Position numbers and translations under genes: made by a program. DNA of 32,000 nucleotides. Source: Nostoc punctiforme PCC 73102. Lineage in GTDB: Bacteria; Cyanobacteriota; Cyanobacteriia; Cyanobacteriales; Nostocaceae. The notes beneath the pieces were generated by a model, which saw only the letters and a list, made by a program, of their open reading frames with translations, was not told the origin of the DNA and ran no database searches. The stretch covers positions 5,430,001-5,462,000 of the forward strand of contig NC_010628.1 in NCBI RefSeq assembly GCF_000020025.1, in the 5' to 3' direction. Positions 1 to 9,533 of the stretch are shown piece by piece; position 1 is the first letter of the stretch; each line of letters begins with the position of its first letter.

Positions 1-540
1 TGGCTCTTTACCACACTCTTCGTCAGTGGGACAGATTGTAATGGGAAATTTCCTTGGAAATAGTCAGTCATTAAACCTCAGGTGCTTTTTTCCTTTGAAA
101 CAATTGTTTACATTTACTTACAAATAACAAACAATTGATCTGACAAATGTGTCAATAGGTTTTTTTGAATACTAACAAAAAAACAGGTGTTTATGGGGGC
201 TAGTTTAATAATTGCTGTTTACTAAAAACTACAATACAACACAGCAGATTCATGCCTGGTCTACCAATAGCGTGATTGGCATCAGTGTAGTATTTAGTAT
301 TAGAGGATACTGAAGCACCCCTACTCTATAGTTAAAAAATTGGTGTTCCCACATATTTAATGAAGTGAAGCTGTGGGATTTTGGGTTCAAAACGTATTTG
401 AAACTCCCTTGTCTATTAGCTAATATGCTTGAACTAAGCCTTTTTCCTCTGCCTTGACTTCCTTTGCTTGCCTCAAAAGAGATATTTCTTTAACCTAAGC
501 GTATTGGTCTATTGTTGTATCTTTAAAAGTATAATTAATC

Positions 541-576
541 ACCCTCATAATCAGTTTGTATTTAGATAATGAGGGT
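541..576 (-). terminator. Hairpin just downstream of the glycosyltransferase stop; possible intrinsic terminator
   Basis: accctcataatc (541-552) pairs with gataatgagggt (565-576). The stem is 12 bp with one mismatch and the loop is 12 nt. On the minus-strand RNA a moderately U-rich stretch follows. It lies 32 nt past the stop at 608. Confidence 0.3.
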
Positions 577-607
577 ATAATTGCAATTTTCTGAATTGGT
601 CACATCC

Positions 608-1888
608 TTATGGGCTTTCTGCTCTAGATACTGTAACTCTTGTAGACTGAATAGCTGCACGATCTGCCGTCAATGAGTAACACAACGACTCATACTGATT
701 TAAAGCTTGCTCAAAAGCATAGTTCTCAATGGCATATTGGCGACTTTTATAACCCAGAGTTTTTACCTTTTCGGGATTTTGATACAAATCTAAAATTGCC
801 ATTGCTAAAGCTTGAGGATCTTCTGGAGGAACGATAACTCCGCCGCCACTTTGTTTGATTGCTCTTGCTGCTGTACCATTATCGGGTACAGATGCAACTA
901 AAGCTCCTCCACTGGCAAGTAGCACTTGAATTTTTGACGGCATATTGAAAGATACAATATTTTTCTTTTGCACCACTAAGCCAACATCAGCAGCTGCCAA
1001 CATTTGTGGCAAATCTTTGCGGGGTTGAAATGGCAGTAGCAAAACGTTATCTGCGCCGCAGTCTAGACATTCTTGTTGCAATCGCTGTAAACCTTTTGCC
1101 TCTCCAACGATAACAAAAACAATATTTGGGATATGGCGCAACATAGAAGCGGCTTTGACAACGCTTTCTAAGCCTTGGGTTAGAGCAATGTTGCCAGAAT
1201 AAAGTACTACAAATTTGTCATTTAGATTATGTGCTGCACGGAAAGGGTTATTTTCTTTAGGCAAAGGGCGGATAAAATTTACATCAACCCAGTTGGGAAT
1301 TTGCACAATTTTGTCAGCTTCTACGCCCTTAGAGCGCAAATTGTCCACAAAGCCATCGGCGATCACGCTAATCTTACTGGCAGTGTGGTATGCAAATTTT
1401 TCCAACACAGTAAATAACTTTATAAGCAATTTGTTTTTCAGTAGACCGACGTGGACGGCTGCTTCTGGTAATATATCTTGTAGATTTAAGATTACAGGGC
1501 AAGCACGTAACCATCCTAAAAGAGCAACTGGCACACAGCTTGGCAAAGATGGCGATGTTGAAAGAATAACATCTGGCCGCCAACCGATGAGGGCGGGCAC
1601 AAAACTAGTGACAACGAAACTAGCATCTAATAACACTCGATCTAATAGGTTAGGTTGTGGACGAATCCAAACATAACTGCGTTGGATTTGAACGCCATTT
1701 TTGTATTCGTTGAGATACCACTTGCCCCGATATTCCTGGTAAATTTGACGCTCAGGGTAGTTGGGCATAGCGGTGACTACGCGTACTTGATGCCCACGCT
1801 TCACTAGTCCCTCTGCTAATTCAGTCATCAGTGGGGCAATACCAATTGGCTCTGGATAGTAGTTGTAAGAGTAAATTAAAATTCGCAT
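608..1888 (-). CDS. Glycosyltransferase, GT4 family, WcaI-like
   Basis: Track ORF 608..1930. The internal N-terminus MRILIYSYNYYPEPIGIAPLMTELAEGLVKRGHQVRVVTAMPNYP is the typical WcaI-type GT-B start. I therefore prefer the ATG at 1886-1888 over the ORF's upstream start. Confidence 0.8.
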   Translation of the reverse strand: MRILIYSYNYYPEPIGIAPLMTELAEGLVKRGHQVRVVTAMPNYPERQIYQEYRGKWYLNEYKNGVQIQRSYVWIRPQPNLLDRVLLDASFVVTSFVPALIGWRPDVILSTSPSLPSCVPVALLGWLRACPVILNLQDILPEAAVHVGLLKNKLLIKLFTVLEKFAYHTASKISVIADGFVDNLRSKGVEADKIVQIPNWVDVNFIRPLPKENNPFRAAHNLNDKFVVLYSGNIALTQGLESVVKAASMLRHIPNIVFVIVGEAKGLQRLQQECLDCGADNVLLLPFQPRKDLPQMLAAADVGLVVQKKNIVSFNMPSKIQVLLASGGALVASVPDNGTAARAIKQSGGGVIVPPEDPQALAMAILDLYQNPEKVKTLGYKSRQYAIENYAFEQALNQYESLCYSLTADRAAIQSTRVTVSRAESP

Positions 1889-2170
1889 AAAAGTTAGTCT
1901 GAAGTACCCCGGTTTTTTGTTGAAGGACAAATATTTATCTTCAACATTGTTTAGAGCTTAGAAACTCTTATATTTAATTGTGACTTCAGACTCTTTTTCT
2001 GTCAGGGATTTTCCTTAAAGATTGAGTAAACTTAGATATTAAATACTTAGAGAAAGTGTGAATTTTTTTTACTATTTAAGTAGGCTTCAAATTTTTAACT
2101 TTTGATTGGTACGTAAGTATAAACCCCAGGCATTATTATATTAATTAAGACTATTTCACAATAATATTGA

Positions 2171-3412
2171 ATGAGCGATCGCCCTTGTATTTTCTCCTTT
2201 TTTGCTGGTTCGGGTTTCCTAGATTTAGGTTTTGAAACTAGCGGTTTTAATATTGTTTACGTTAATGAAATTTTTTCACCATTCATGGCAGCATACAGCT
2301 ATTCACGGCAGATTCTCAATCTGCCATTGCCAGAATACGGGTATCATCACGGAGAAATAGGAGATGTAACCCAACTTCACGAAGGTTTACAAGCACAACA
2401 CCTCCGTGAGTTAGTACAAGACTGCCGCAAATCTAATAATATTGTGGGCTTCATTGGTGGACCTCCCTGTCCTGATTTTTCTATTGGTGGGAAAAATAGA
2501 GGACGTTTAGGAGATAATGGCAAGCTTTCCGCTTCTTATGTTGAATTAATTTGCCGCAATCTTCCAGATTTTTTTTTATTTGAGAACGTTAAGGGGTTGT
2601 GGAGAACAACAAAGCACCGTTTATTTTTTGAATCGCTCAAGCAACAATTACTAGAAGCCGGCTATATTTTAACAGAGCGGTTAATTAATGCTATTGAATA
2701 TGGTGTACCCCAGGATAGAGAAAGAATTATTCTCATTGGTTTCCGAAATAATTTTATCAAAGATATAGGAATAAAAGTCGGTAGTGAAAAGTTACTTAAT
2801 GAAAGGGCTTTTCCTTGGAAAAATCATATTTTATATCCTAAACAAGAGGTTTTTGCTTACCCTTGGCAGAAGTGCGATCCATTCCAAGAAAATTCCATCA
2901 TGCTTTGTCCTGAAGGCATCCCTCAAGAATTAACAGTTGAATACTGGTTTAGAAAAAATAATGTTTTGAAGCATCCTAATACTGAAAACTGTTTTCAACC
3001 AAGGGCAGGTATCACAAGATTTGCTGCTATTGATGAAGGAGATGATTCTAAAAAGTCTTTCAAGCGTCTTCACCGATGGCGTTACTCCCCGACAGCTTGC
3101 TATGGAAATAATGAAGTACATTTGCATCCTTATAAAATCCGGCGACTATCTGTAGCGGAAGCTTTAGCCATCCAATCTTTACCTGTAAATTTTGTACTTC
3201 CAGATAATATGTCACTCACTAATATGTTTAAAACTATTGGTAATGGCGTACCCTATTTAGCATCCAATGCGTTAGCTAAAACTATTATTAACTTCTTAAG
3301 TATTGGCGTAAAAAATGCTATTAATATTTCTAACCTTACTAAGCCTAATGTCAACTTAAACACTAACACTAATTCCACAACATCTACAAAACCAACATTC
3401 AAAATAACTTAG
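2171..3412 (+). CDS. DNA (cytosine-5)-methyltransferase, apparently solitary
   Basis: The C5-MTase motifs occur in canonical order: I FSFFAGSGFLDLGFE, IV GGPPCPDFS, VI FLFENVKGL, VIII VPQDRERIILIGF, IX RRLSVAEALAIQSLP, X TIGNGVPYLAS. The C-terminal tail is low-complexity and Asn/Thr-rich. Confidence 0.9.
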   Translation: MSDRPCIFSFFAGSGFLDLGFETSGFNIVYVNEIFSPFMAAYSYSRQILNLPLPEYGYHHGEIGDVTQLHEGLQAQHLRELVQDCRKSNNIVGFIGGPPCPDFSIGGKNRGRLGDNGKLSASYVELICRNLPDFFLFENVKGLWRTTKHRLFFESLKQQLLEAGYILTERLINAIEYGVPQDRERIILIGFRNNFIKDIGIKVGSEKLLNERAFPWKNHILYPKQEVFAYPWQKCDPFQENSIMLCPEGIPQELTVEYWFRKNNVLKHPNTENCFQPRAGITRFAAIDEGDDSKKSFKRLHRWRYSPTACYGNNEVHLHPYKIRRLSVAEALAIQSLPVNFVLPDNMSLTNMFKTIGNGVPYLASNALAKTIINFLSIGVKNAINISNLTKPNVNLNTNTNSTTSTKPTFKIT

Positions 3413-3518
3413 TAGCTTGTTTTCAGGATAAACTCGTAATAAATATGGTTTAATATATATATAAGAAATGTTTTAATTTTTTATAAAGTTTAATAATCAA
3501 TTACTGGCAGAAGACACG

Positions 3519-4199
3519 ATGGCAGCAGACTATCCAGATATTGATATTGCGCCATTTATCGATCACGCCCTGTTAACGCCAACGGCTACTCCAGAGCAGG
3601 TTCAGCAGTGGTGTGAAGAGGCATATAGATTCAATTTTGCGGCAGTTTGCTTGTACCCCACCTATGTCAAACAAGCTGTCGAACTCCTCCACGGCAAAAA
3701 CCCGAAAGTGTGTACTGTGATTGGCTTTCCCTCTGGTGCGACAACTTCAGCAGTGAAACTCTATGAGGCTCAAGAAGCGGCGGATAATGGAGCCACTGAA
3801 TTGGATGTGGTCATGAACTTGGGCTGGTTGAAAGCTGGTAAAACTGAAGAAGTCCACCGGGAAATTGCCGAAATTTGTGAAGAGACTGGGCAAACTGTCA
3901 AGGTAATTTTGGAAACCAATCTGTTGACAGATGCGGAGAAAAAAATAGCTGCTGAAATAGCTATGGAGGCGGGGGCCGCTTTCTTAAAAACTAGTACAGG
4001 TTGGAATGGCGGTGCAACAGTGGCAGATGTGCGATTTTTGCAGGAATTGGCAAAAGAAAGAGTGGGAATTAAAGCTGCAGGTGGTATCCGCACTATCAAT
4101 CAAGCTCTAGACTTAATCGTAGCAGGTGCTAGTAGATTAGGCACATCTCGCGGTATCGATTTGATCCGCCAGCGCGATAATCTGGGGAAGGGTGAATAG
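3519..4199 (+). CDS. deoC: Deoxyribose-phosphate aldolase
   Basis: 226 aa. It has the [11 protein letters not shown]-terminal signature, the Schiff-base lysine context AFLKTSTGW, and the IKAAGGIRT motif. Confidence 0.9.
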   Translation: MAADYPDIDIAPFIDHALLTPTATPEQVQQWCEEAYRFNFAAVCLYPTYVKQAVELLHGKNPKVCTVIGFPSGATTSAVKLYEAQEAADNGATELDVVMNLGWLKAGKTEEVHREIAEICEETGQTVKVILETNLLTDAEKKIAAEIAMEAGAAFLKTSTGWNGGATVADVRFLQELAKERVGIKAAGGIRTINQALDLIVAGASRLGTSRGIDLIRQRDNLGKGE

Positions 4200-4258
4200 T
4201 CATTCGTTTATCTTCCTAACTTGCGAAAAACTGCGGGCACATCTATGCCCTTTGTCCT

Positions 4259-4442
4259 AAACCAATGACCAATTTTAGATTTTGGATTGAAGGATTGAAG
4301 GATTCAAAATTTAAACCTGGTTTCAGAGCAGCTAGTTTCAACTATGGAAAAATCTAAAATCCTTGCATTCCTGCAAGTCCCTAGTTTTAGGTATGGCGTT
4401 AATCTAAAATCCAAAATCCGAAATTGATTGGCTAATGACTAA
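4259..4442. repeat. Compound short-repeat spacer (STRR-like words)
   Basis: Contains ccaatgaccaat at the left end and (GGATTGAA)x3 at 4284-4307. Repeated aatctaaaatcc words occur in inverted orientation relative to tagattttggatt. The region ends in CTAATGA heptamers that are interrupted by the IS. Confidence 0.6.
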
Positions 4443-5445
4443 TAGACTTGTCGGGAAATAAGAGAGAATAGACAGCAGTGGTAGGGAAGAATGATGCTGA
4501 ATATTGAAGGTGCGCTGAAGCAAGACCGACTGTTGAGGGCATTAACTGGGTTGAACCGGAAAGCATTTGATGCCCTTTTGCCCACGTTTACCACGATGTA
4601 CCTAGATACTCAACAGGCCAAGCCTCGTCAACGTGGCCTGGGTGGAGGACGCAAAGCCCGCTTACTTACAGCCCAAGACAAATTGTTTTTCATCCTTTTC
4701 TATTTCAAATGTTATCCGACCTTTGATGTGGCGGGACTGCTCTTTGATATGCATCGCTCCCAGGCACATGAGTGGATGCATCGATTGCAGCCAATATTAG
4801 AAGCGGCTTTGGGACAGAAGATGGCGCTGCCGGAACGCCATCTCGAAAGCATTGAAGCATTTTTGTCACGCTTTCCAGGAGTGCAACGAGTGATGATTGA
4901 TGGGACAGAACGCCCAATTGCGCGACCTCAAGAAAGAGAACAACAACAACAGAATTACTCCGGTAAAAAGAAACGTCATACGCGTAAACACTTGGCGGCA
5001 GTTGATGAAACCAAACGGGTCTTGATCTTAAGCAAAGCACGAGAAGGCAAACTGCATGACAAACGTTTTCATGACGAAGATGACATTGCAGGTAGTGTGC
5101 CTGATGAAATTCCGATTGAAGTAGACTCGGGCTTTCAGGGATTACAGAAGCAGTATGACAATCTCCATCTTCCTCACAAAAAGCCCAAAGGGGGCAAGTT
5201 AAGTGACCTTCAAAAAACGGAGAATCGTCAATTGAGTCAATCCCGTGTAGTTTGCGAAAATGCCTTTGCTGGTGTGAAGCGCTACAACGCCGCCAGTGTC
5301 ATTTATCGTAATCGGATTGAAAACTTTGATGACCATTTGATGCTGACCGCAGCAGGATTATGGAACTTCTACTTGATGGCTGCTTAAGAGAATCCCAATT
5401 ACAAGACCAGCATTGCCTCACTTATCTTTTATTTCCCGACAACTC
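4443..5445 (+). mobile_element. Insertion sequence, IS5 family / PIF-Harbinger-like (DDE_Tnp_4 type), apparently intact
   Basis: Terminal inverted repeats are left (ta)gacTTGTCGGGAAATAAgag at 4443-4464 and right ctTTTATTTCCCGACAActc at 5425-5445. The core matches 16/17. TAA is directly duplicated at 4440-4442 and 5446-5448. A single transposase ORF lies inside. The left boundary is uncertain by about 2 bp. Confidence 0.8.
4491..5387 (+). CDS. Transposase, DDE superfamily (IS5/Harbinger-like)
   Basis: 298 aa with an N-terminal HTH-like region. The catalytic-triad contexts are MIDGTERPI (D), IEVDSGFQGL (D) and VVCENAFAGVKRY (E). The spacer YSGKKKRHTRKH is typical of DDE_Tnp_4 transposases. Confidence 0.85.
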   Translation: MMLNIEGALKQDRLLRALTGLNRKAFDALLPTFTTMYLDTQQAKPRQRGLGGGRKARLLTAQDKLFFILFYFKCYPTFDVAGLLFDMHRSQAHEWMHRLQPILEAALGQKMALPERHLESIEAFLSRFPGVQRVMIDGTERPIARPQEREQQQQNYSGKKKRHTRKHLAAVDETKRVLILSKAREGKLHDKRFHDEDDIAGSVPDEIPIEVDSGFQGLQKQYDNLHLPHKKPKGGKLSDLQKTENRQLSQSRVVCENAFAGVKRYNAASVIYRNRIENFDDHLMLTAAGLWNFYLMAA

Positions 5446-5454
5446 TAATGACTA

Positions 5455-6357
5455 ATGAGTAGAACCTACAAAGCAAGCGGAATTAATCTTAAAACTCAGG
5501 TGCTAGGAGAATCAGATAAAATAGTGACCATTTTGACACCAGAATTCGGTCTGATTCGAGCAGTGGCTCCAGGGGCACGTAAGCACAACTCCAGCTTGGG
5601 CGGCAGGAGTGGTATGTTTGTTGTGAATGAACTATTGATCGCCAAAGGGCGATCGCTTGATAAGATTACTCAAGCACAGACGTTAAAGACTTATCCTGGT
5701 TTAGCTAAAGATTTGGGGAAATTGGCTGCTAGCCAATATTTAGCAGAAATAGTCCTATCTCAAGCTTTGAGCGAACAACCCCAAGAAGAACTTTATGAGT
5801 TGTTCAATGAACATCTCCATCGGTTAGAAGCATTGTCTAATGCAAATGCATCTGGTGTTTTGGCTCATCTGGCTCATGGGGTGTTTCACCTTTTAGCCTT
5901 AGCAGGAGTAACACCGCAAGTGCAAATATGCTGCTTATCTGGGCGCTCCCTCAAGCCAGACTTTACAGAACCCAACTGGCAGATAGGATTTAGCGTCCCT
6001 ACGGGTGGAACGATTTGCTTGGAAGCTTGGAAACGTTTACGAACAGAGGGAAAGGGGGAGATTAATAACCAATACCCCATTCCCCATATCCCATTACCCA
6101 TGCCCCATGCCCAAACAGTTGTTGTGCATCGGCAAGAAATACCTTTAATTTCTAGTCGTCTGGGTGCTATGGAACTGGCTTTGCTTCAACATCTGTCACA
6201 ACCAGAGATAATGCAAATTGATGGTGCTAGAGACCATAACTGGTTATCTGTTGAGCAGATTTTGCGCCAGTATGCTCAGTACCAATTAGGTCGCCCTATT
6301 CGCTCTGCTACCTTGATCGATTCTTATTTTGCTGCCAACCATGATGCAACCATCTGA
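5455..6357 (+). CDS. recO: DNA repair/recombination protein RecO
   Basis: 300 aa. The N-terminal OB-fold region is RecO-like ([39 protein letters not shown]). The start ATG lies inside a ctaATGa heptamer unit. Confidence 0.8.
   Translation: MSRTYKASGINLKTQVLGESDKIVTILTPEFGLIRAVAPGARKHNSSLGGRSGMFVVNELLIAKGRSLDKITQAQTLKTYPGLAKDLGKLAASQYLAEIVLSQALSEQPQEELYELFNEHLHRLEALSNANASGVLAHLAHGVFHLLALAGVTPQVQICCLSGRSLKPDFTEPNWQIGFSVPTGGTICLEAWKRLRTEGKGEINNQYPIPHIPLPMPHAQTVVVHRQEIPLISSRLGAMELALLQHLSQPEIMQIDGARDHNWLSVEQILRQYAQYQLGRPIRSATLIDSYFAANHDATI
6074..6113. repeat. Tandem heptamer tract (NNCCCAT)x5 plus a partial unit, inside the recO coding sequence
   Basis: The units are accccat tccccat atcccat tacccat gccccat gccca. 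They are translated in frame as [13 protein letters not shown]. Confidence 0.85.
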
Positions 6358-7987
6358 TTTGGATAAAAAAATCCTGCCTTTGTCACCAAGCCTTGTTAAA
6401 AAACAGAATAGGATATCAGATCCTAACCTCAAGAATCACTTGAGTGCCGTTTCAAAGTGTACACCTAGTCAAATCAATAGCCAAGAAATGTCCCCAAAAG
6501 ACGTTTCTAAAAACGATCAAAGTTGGACAGCCCAGATCCCAAAAACTGATGTTCCAGAAATACAATCTGAGGACAAATTAACTACTGATGAGGCAAATAG
6601 CAACGGTAATAGCAACGGGCAGAGTTTGCCAGTAGCTACTACCCCAGAAACAGAATCACCTAAATTAGATGGATCTGGTTCAGGTGGAGAAGCTGTTTCC
6701 GCGAATGTAACACAGCAGGGGTTTTTGCCTGTATTAAAAAACCCTAATTTCCTGGCTCTTTGGGGCGGTCAAGTTTTCTCCCAACTAGCAGATAAAGTTT
6801 ATTTGGTGCTGATGATTGCTTTGATTAATACTCAGTTTCAGGCTAGTAATCAGAGTATTAGTGGTTGGGTGTCAGTCTTGATGATGGCTTTTACGATTCC
6901 AGCCGTATTATTTGGTTCCGTTGCTGGCGTGTTTGTCGATCGCTGGTCAAAAAAGGCTGTGCTGGTGGCAACGAATATTTGGCGCGGCATCCTGGTTTTG
7001 TCAATTCCCTTCCTGCTGTGGTTGACTCATGGCTGGAAACCCATAGGAGTTATGCCAGTAGGTTTTTTGATCATCCTGGGTATAACTTTTCTAGTTTCCA
7101 CACTGACACAGTTTTTTGCACCGGCGGAACAGGCAGCAATTCCCTTAGTGGTAGAAGAACAGCATTTACTCTCAGCTAATTCGCTTTATACGACAACGAT
7201 GATGGCATCGGTGATTGTTGGGTTTGCTGTCGGAGAACCATTATTAGCGATCGCAGATGGACTTTGGTCGCAAATTGGTGGTAGCGGTAGTTTGGGCAAA
7301 GAACTTTTAGTAGGTGGTAGTTATGCAATCGCTGGACTAATTTTATTCCTCCTAGCAACTAAGGAAAAACACCACCACCCTGATACAGAATTCCCTCACG
7401 TATTCTCTGATTTGCGAGATGGTTTTGCCTACCTCAAAGCAAATCATCGCGTCCGCAATGCTTTGCTTCAGCTAATTATCTTGTTTTCTGTCTTTGCAGC
7501 ATTAACTGTTCTAGCTGTTCGGATGGCAGAAATAATTCCGAATATGAAAGCTTCCCAGTTTGGCTTTTTACTAGCAGCTGGCGGTGTTGGCATCGCTGCG
7601 GGAGCAACAATTCTCGGTCAATTTGGTCAACGCTTTTCCTATACCCAACTAAGTCTTTGTGGTTGTATGGGTATGACAGCATCCCTGATTGGTCTATCAA
7701 TCTTTACAACCCAACTGTGGCTAGTCCTGTTACTGGTGGCGCTATTAGGTATCTTTGGGGCCCTAATCGGAATTCCCATGCAAACTGCAATTCAAACAGA
7801 AACACCTCCAGAAATGCGTGGTAAAGTATTTGGCTTGCAAAACAATGTAATTAATATTGCCCTCTCCTTACCTTTAGCTTTAGCTGGTGTCGCAGAAACC
7901 TTTTTGGGATTACAGGTAGTTTTTTTGGGATTAGCCGCGATCGTCTTTTTAGGAGGTATATTAACGTGGTATAACTCACACAAGTAG
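6341..7987 (+). CDS. MFS transporter with a long low-complexity N-terminal extension
   Basis: About 12 hydrophobic segments begin after [28 protein letters not shown]. The track ORF starts at 6329 on a TTG. The first ATG pair is at 6341/6344, which overlaps the recO end by 17 nt. An alternative ATG is at 6488. Confidence 0.75.
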   Translation: MMQPSDLDKKILPLSPSLVKKQNRISDPNLKNHLSAVSKCTPSQINSQEMSPKDVSKNDQSWTAQIPKTDVPEIQSEDKLTTDEANSNGNSNGQSLPVATTPETESPKLDGSGSGGEAVSANVTQQGFLPVLKNPNFLALWGGQVFSQLADKVYLVLMIALINTQFQASNQSISGWVSVLMMAFTIPAVLFGSVAGVFVDRWSKKAVLVATNIWRGILVLSIPFLLWLTHGWKPIGVMPVGFLIILGITFLVSTLTQFFAPAEQAAIPLVVEEQHLLSANSLYTTTMMASVIVGFAVGEPLLAIADGLWSQIGGSGSLGKELLVGGSYAIAGLILFLLATKEKHHHPDTEFPHVFSDLRDGFAYLKANHRVRNALLQLIILFSVFAALTVLAVRMAEIIPNMKASQFGFLLAAGGVGIAAGATILGQFGQRFSYTQLSLCGCMGMTASLIGLSIFTTQLWLVLLLVALLGIFGALIGIPMQTAIQTETPPEMRGKVFGLQNNVINIALSLPLALAGVAETFLGLQVVFLGLAAIVFLGGILTWYNSHK

Positions 7988-8018
7988 TTATCAGCTAACA
8001 GGAGCTATTATTCATTAC

Positions 8019-8050
8019 CTTTAAGTAATTAATATTTACTTAAAGATTTT
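8019..8050 (+). terminator. Candidate intrinsic terminator of the MFS gene
   Basis: ctttaagtaa (8019-8028) and ttacttaaag (8036-8045) form a perfect 10-bp stem with a 7-nt loop, followed by atttt. The stem is AT-rich. Confidence 0.4.
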
Positions 8051-8338
8051 GGGTTCATGCTAAACTGAGGTCAGTGAAAATTTATCACATACTTGCGGGA
8101 TATTAATCTGACATTAGTCAGAATAAGTTGCTTAAGTATCAGAAATTAACAACTTATAAATAGAATAAATAAAGCCATAAATCTACTGGTTTAATCAGCT
8201 TTGAATAGGCTTTTTAAACTAGAGCCTGGTTGGAATCTTTAATAGCTAAAAAACCAGCAAGTATAGTTGGATAAAAAAAAATCACAAAGTACACAAAAGT
8301 AATAGATCAAACCCGCTTTTCTTACAGCTAAATAAAGA

Positions 8339-9487
8339 ATGCGTATAGCCTGGATTGGAAAAAAATCACCCTTTTGCGGCAATGTCACCTACAGTCGAGA
8401 AATTACAAATGCTTTGCTAGATAGGGGACATCAAGTTAGCTTTCTTCACTTCGCACAGGAAGAGTCTGAACCTGAGAATTGGCCAAATCTTCGAGAGGTT
8501 TCGCTCCCATTCATTTACAAGTCTCAGGTTTATACAATTCCTACTTTTAAAGCAACCAAAGTTTTAACCGATTCGCTGCGGGAAATCAAGCCAGATGTAG
8601 TCCACGCTTCCTTAACATTATCTCCTCTAGATTTTTTTCTACCGGAAATCTGTGAGGAACTGAGGTTGCCCCTAGTTGCAACTTTTCACACACCGTTTGC
8701 TGGCAAGGGGGCAAAGCTGATATCGGGAACACAACTTTTGGCTTATCAGCTCTACGCACCTTTTTTAGTTAACTACGATCGCGTGATTGTATTTTCCCAG
8801 ATTCAGCGAGAATTATTGGCAGGGATGGGCGTAAGGGAAGAAAATATTGCTGTAATTCCCAATGGTGTTGATACCGTTAAATATTCTCCAGGATTTTCTC
8901 AAATCAAAGCCGAATTTAAAGCCGATCGCTTGTTTGTTTACCAAGGTCGAATAGCGCCAGAGAAAAATGTTGAAGCCCTGCTTCGGGCTTGGAAGCAGTC
9001 GGCAATGGGACCTGGTACGAAGTTGCTAATTGTTGGCGATGGTCCTTTAAAGTCTTCCTTAGAGCCGTTTTATGGTTCAGAATACGGCATTATCTGGTTA
9101 GGATTTGTTGCTGATGAAGACCGACGCATCGAAATTTTGCGGGGCGCAGATGTATTTGTTCTACCTTCATTGGTAGAGGGTTTGTCTCTATCTCTGTTAG
9201 AGGGAATGTCATGTGGGTTGGCTTGTTTAGCAACAGATGTGGGTGCAGATGGAGAAGTATTAGAAAAAGGTGCAGGTATAGTTATTAGTACTAAAACCGC
9301 GCGATCGCAGTTAAAAACTCTCTTGCCAGTGTTGCAAGACCATCCAGAGTTAACGACTTTACTTGGGCAAAAAGCCAGACAGCGTGTATTAGACCGCTAT
9401 ACCCTCAGTAAAAATATTACTCTGCTGGAAGAACTTTATAAAGAAGTTTTAGCACAGCGACCTCTACCGCTAAGTCGTAGAGCTTAG
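8339..9487 (+). CDS. Glycosyltransferase family 1 (GT-B, retaining type)
   Basis: 382 aa. It has the N-terminus MRIAWIGKKSP and an E-x7-E motif (EGLSLSLLEGM) in the C-terminal Rossmann half. Confidence 0.85.
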   Translation: MRIAWIGKKSPFCGNVTYSREITNALLDRGHQVSFLHFAQEESEPENWPNLREVSLPFIYKSQVYTIPTFKATKVLTDSLREIKPDVVHASLTLSPLDFFLPEICEELRLPLVATFHTPFAGKGAKLISGTQLLAYQLYAPFLVNYDRVIVFSQIQRELLAGMGVREENIAVIPNGVDTVKYSPGFSQIKAEFKADRLFVYQGRIAPEKNVEALLRAWKQSAMGPGTKLLIVGDGPLKSSLEPFYGSEYGIIWLGFVADEDRRIEILRGADVFVLPSLVEGLSLSLLEGMSCGLACLATDVGADGEVLEKGAGIVISTKTARSQLKTLLPVLQDHPELTTLLGQKARQRVLDRYTLSKNITLLEELYKEVLAQRPLPLSRRA

Positions 9488-9533
9488 GGAAAGGGAAAAA
9501 GTGCGAATTCTCTTACCACGCAAGTCAGATTGA

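Noticed and set aside
1-71. A possible minus-strand gene start at 69-71 (MTDYFQGNFPLQSVPLTKSVVKS...) running off the left edge.
   Set aside because: Only 23 codons are visible, with no recognisable motif or ribosome-binding site. It cannot be told apart from a chance open frame. I saw no tRNA or other recognisable RNA gene in the rest of 72-607.
1215-1676. Antisense and alternative-frame ORFs inside the glycosyltransferase. Similar ORFs occur inside gpmI, the ABC-F gene, secY, prfA, the MFS gene and other genes.
   Set aside because: Each is fully nested in a gene with clear family motifs on the other strand or in another frame, and none has a recognisable motif of its own.
1931-3518. A restriction endonuclease partner for the C5 methyltransferase.
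   Set aside because: The flanking spacers (240 nt and 106 nt) contain no ORF of useful size, and the neighbouring genes are a glycosyltransferase and deoC. I therefore treat the methyltransferase as solitary within this window.
4235-4257. A short hairpin after deoC (gggca-catcta-tgccc followed by tttgtcc) as a terminator.
   Set aside because: The stem is only 5 bp and the T-run is weak. It is plausible, but too weak to list as a feature.
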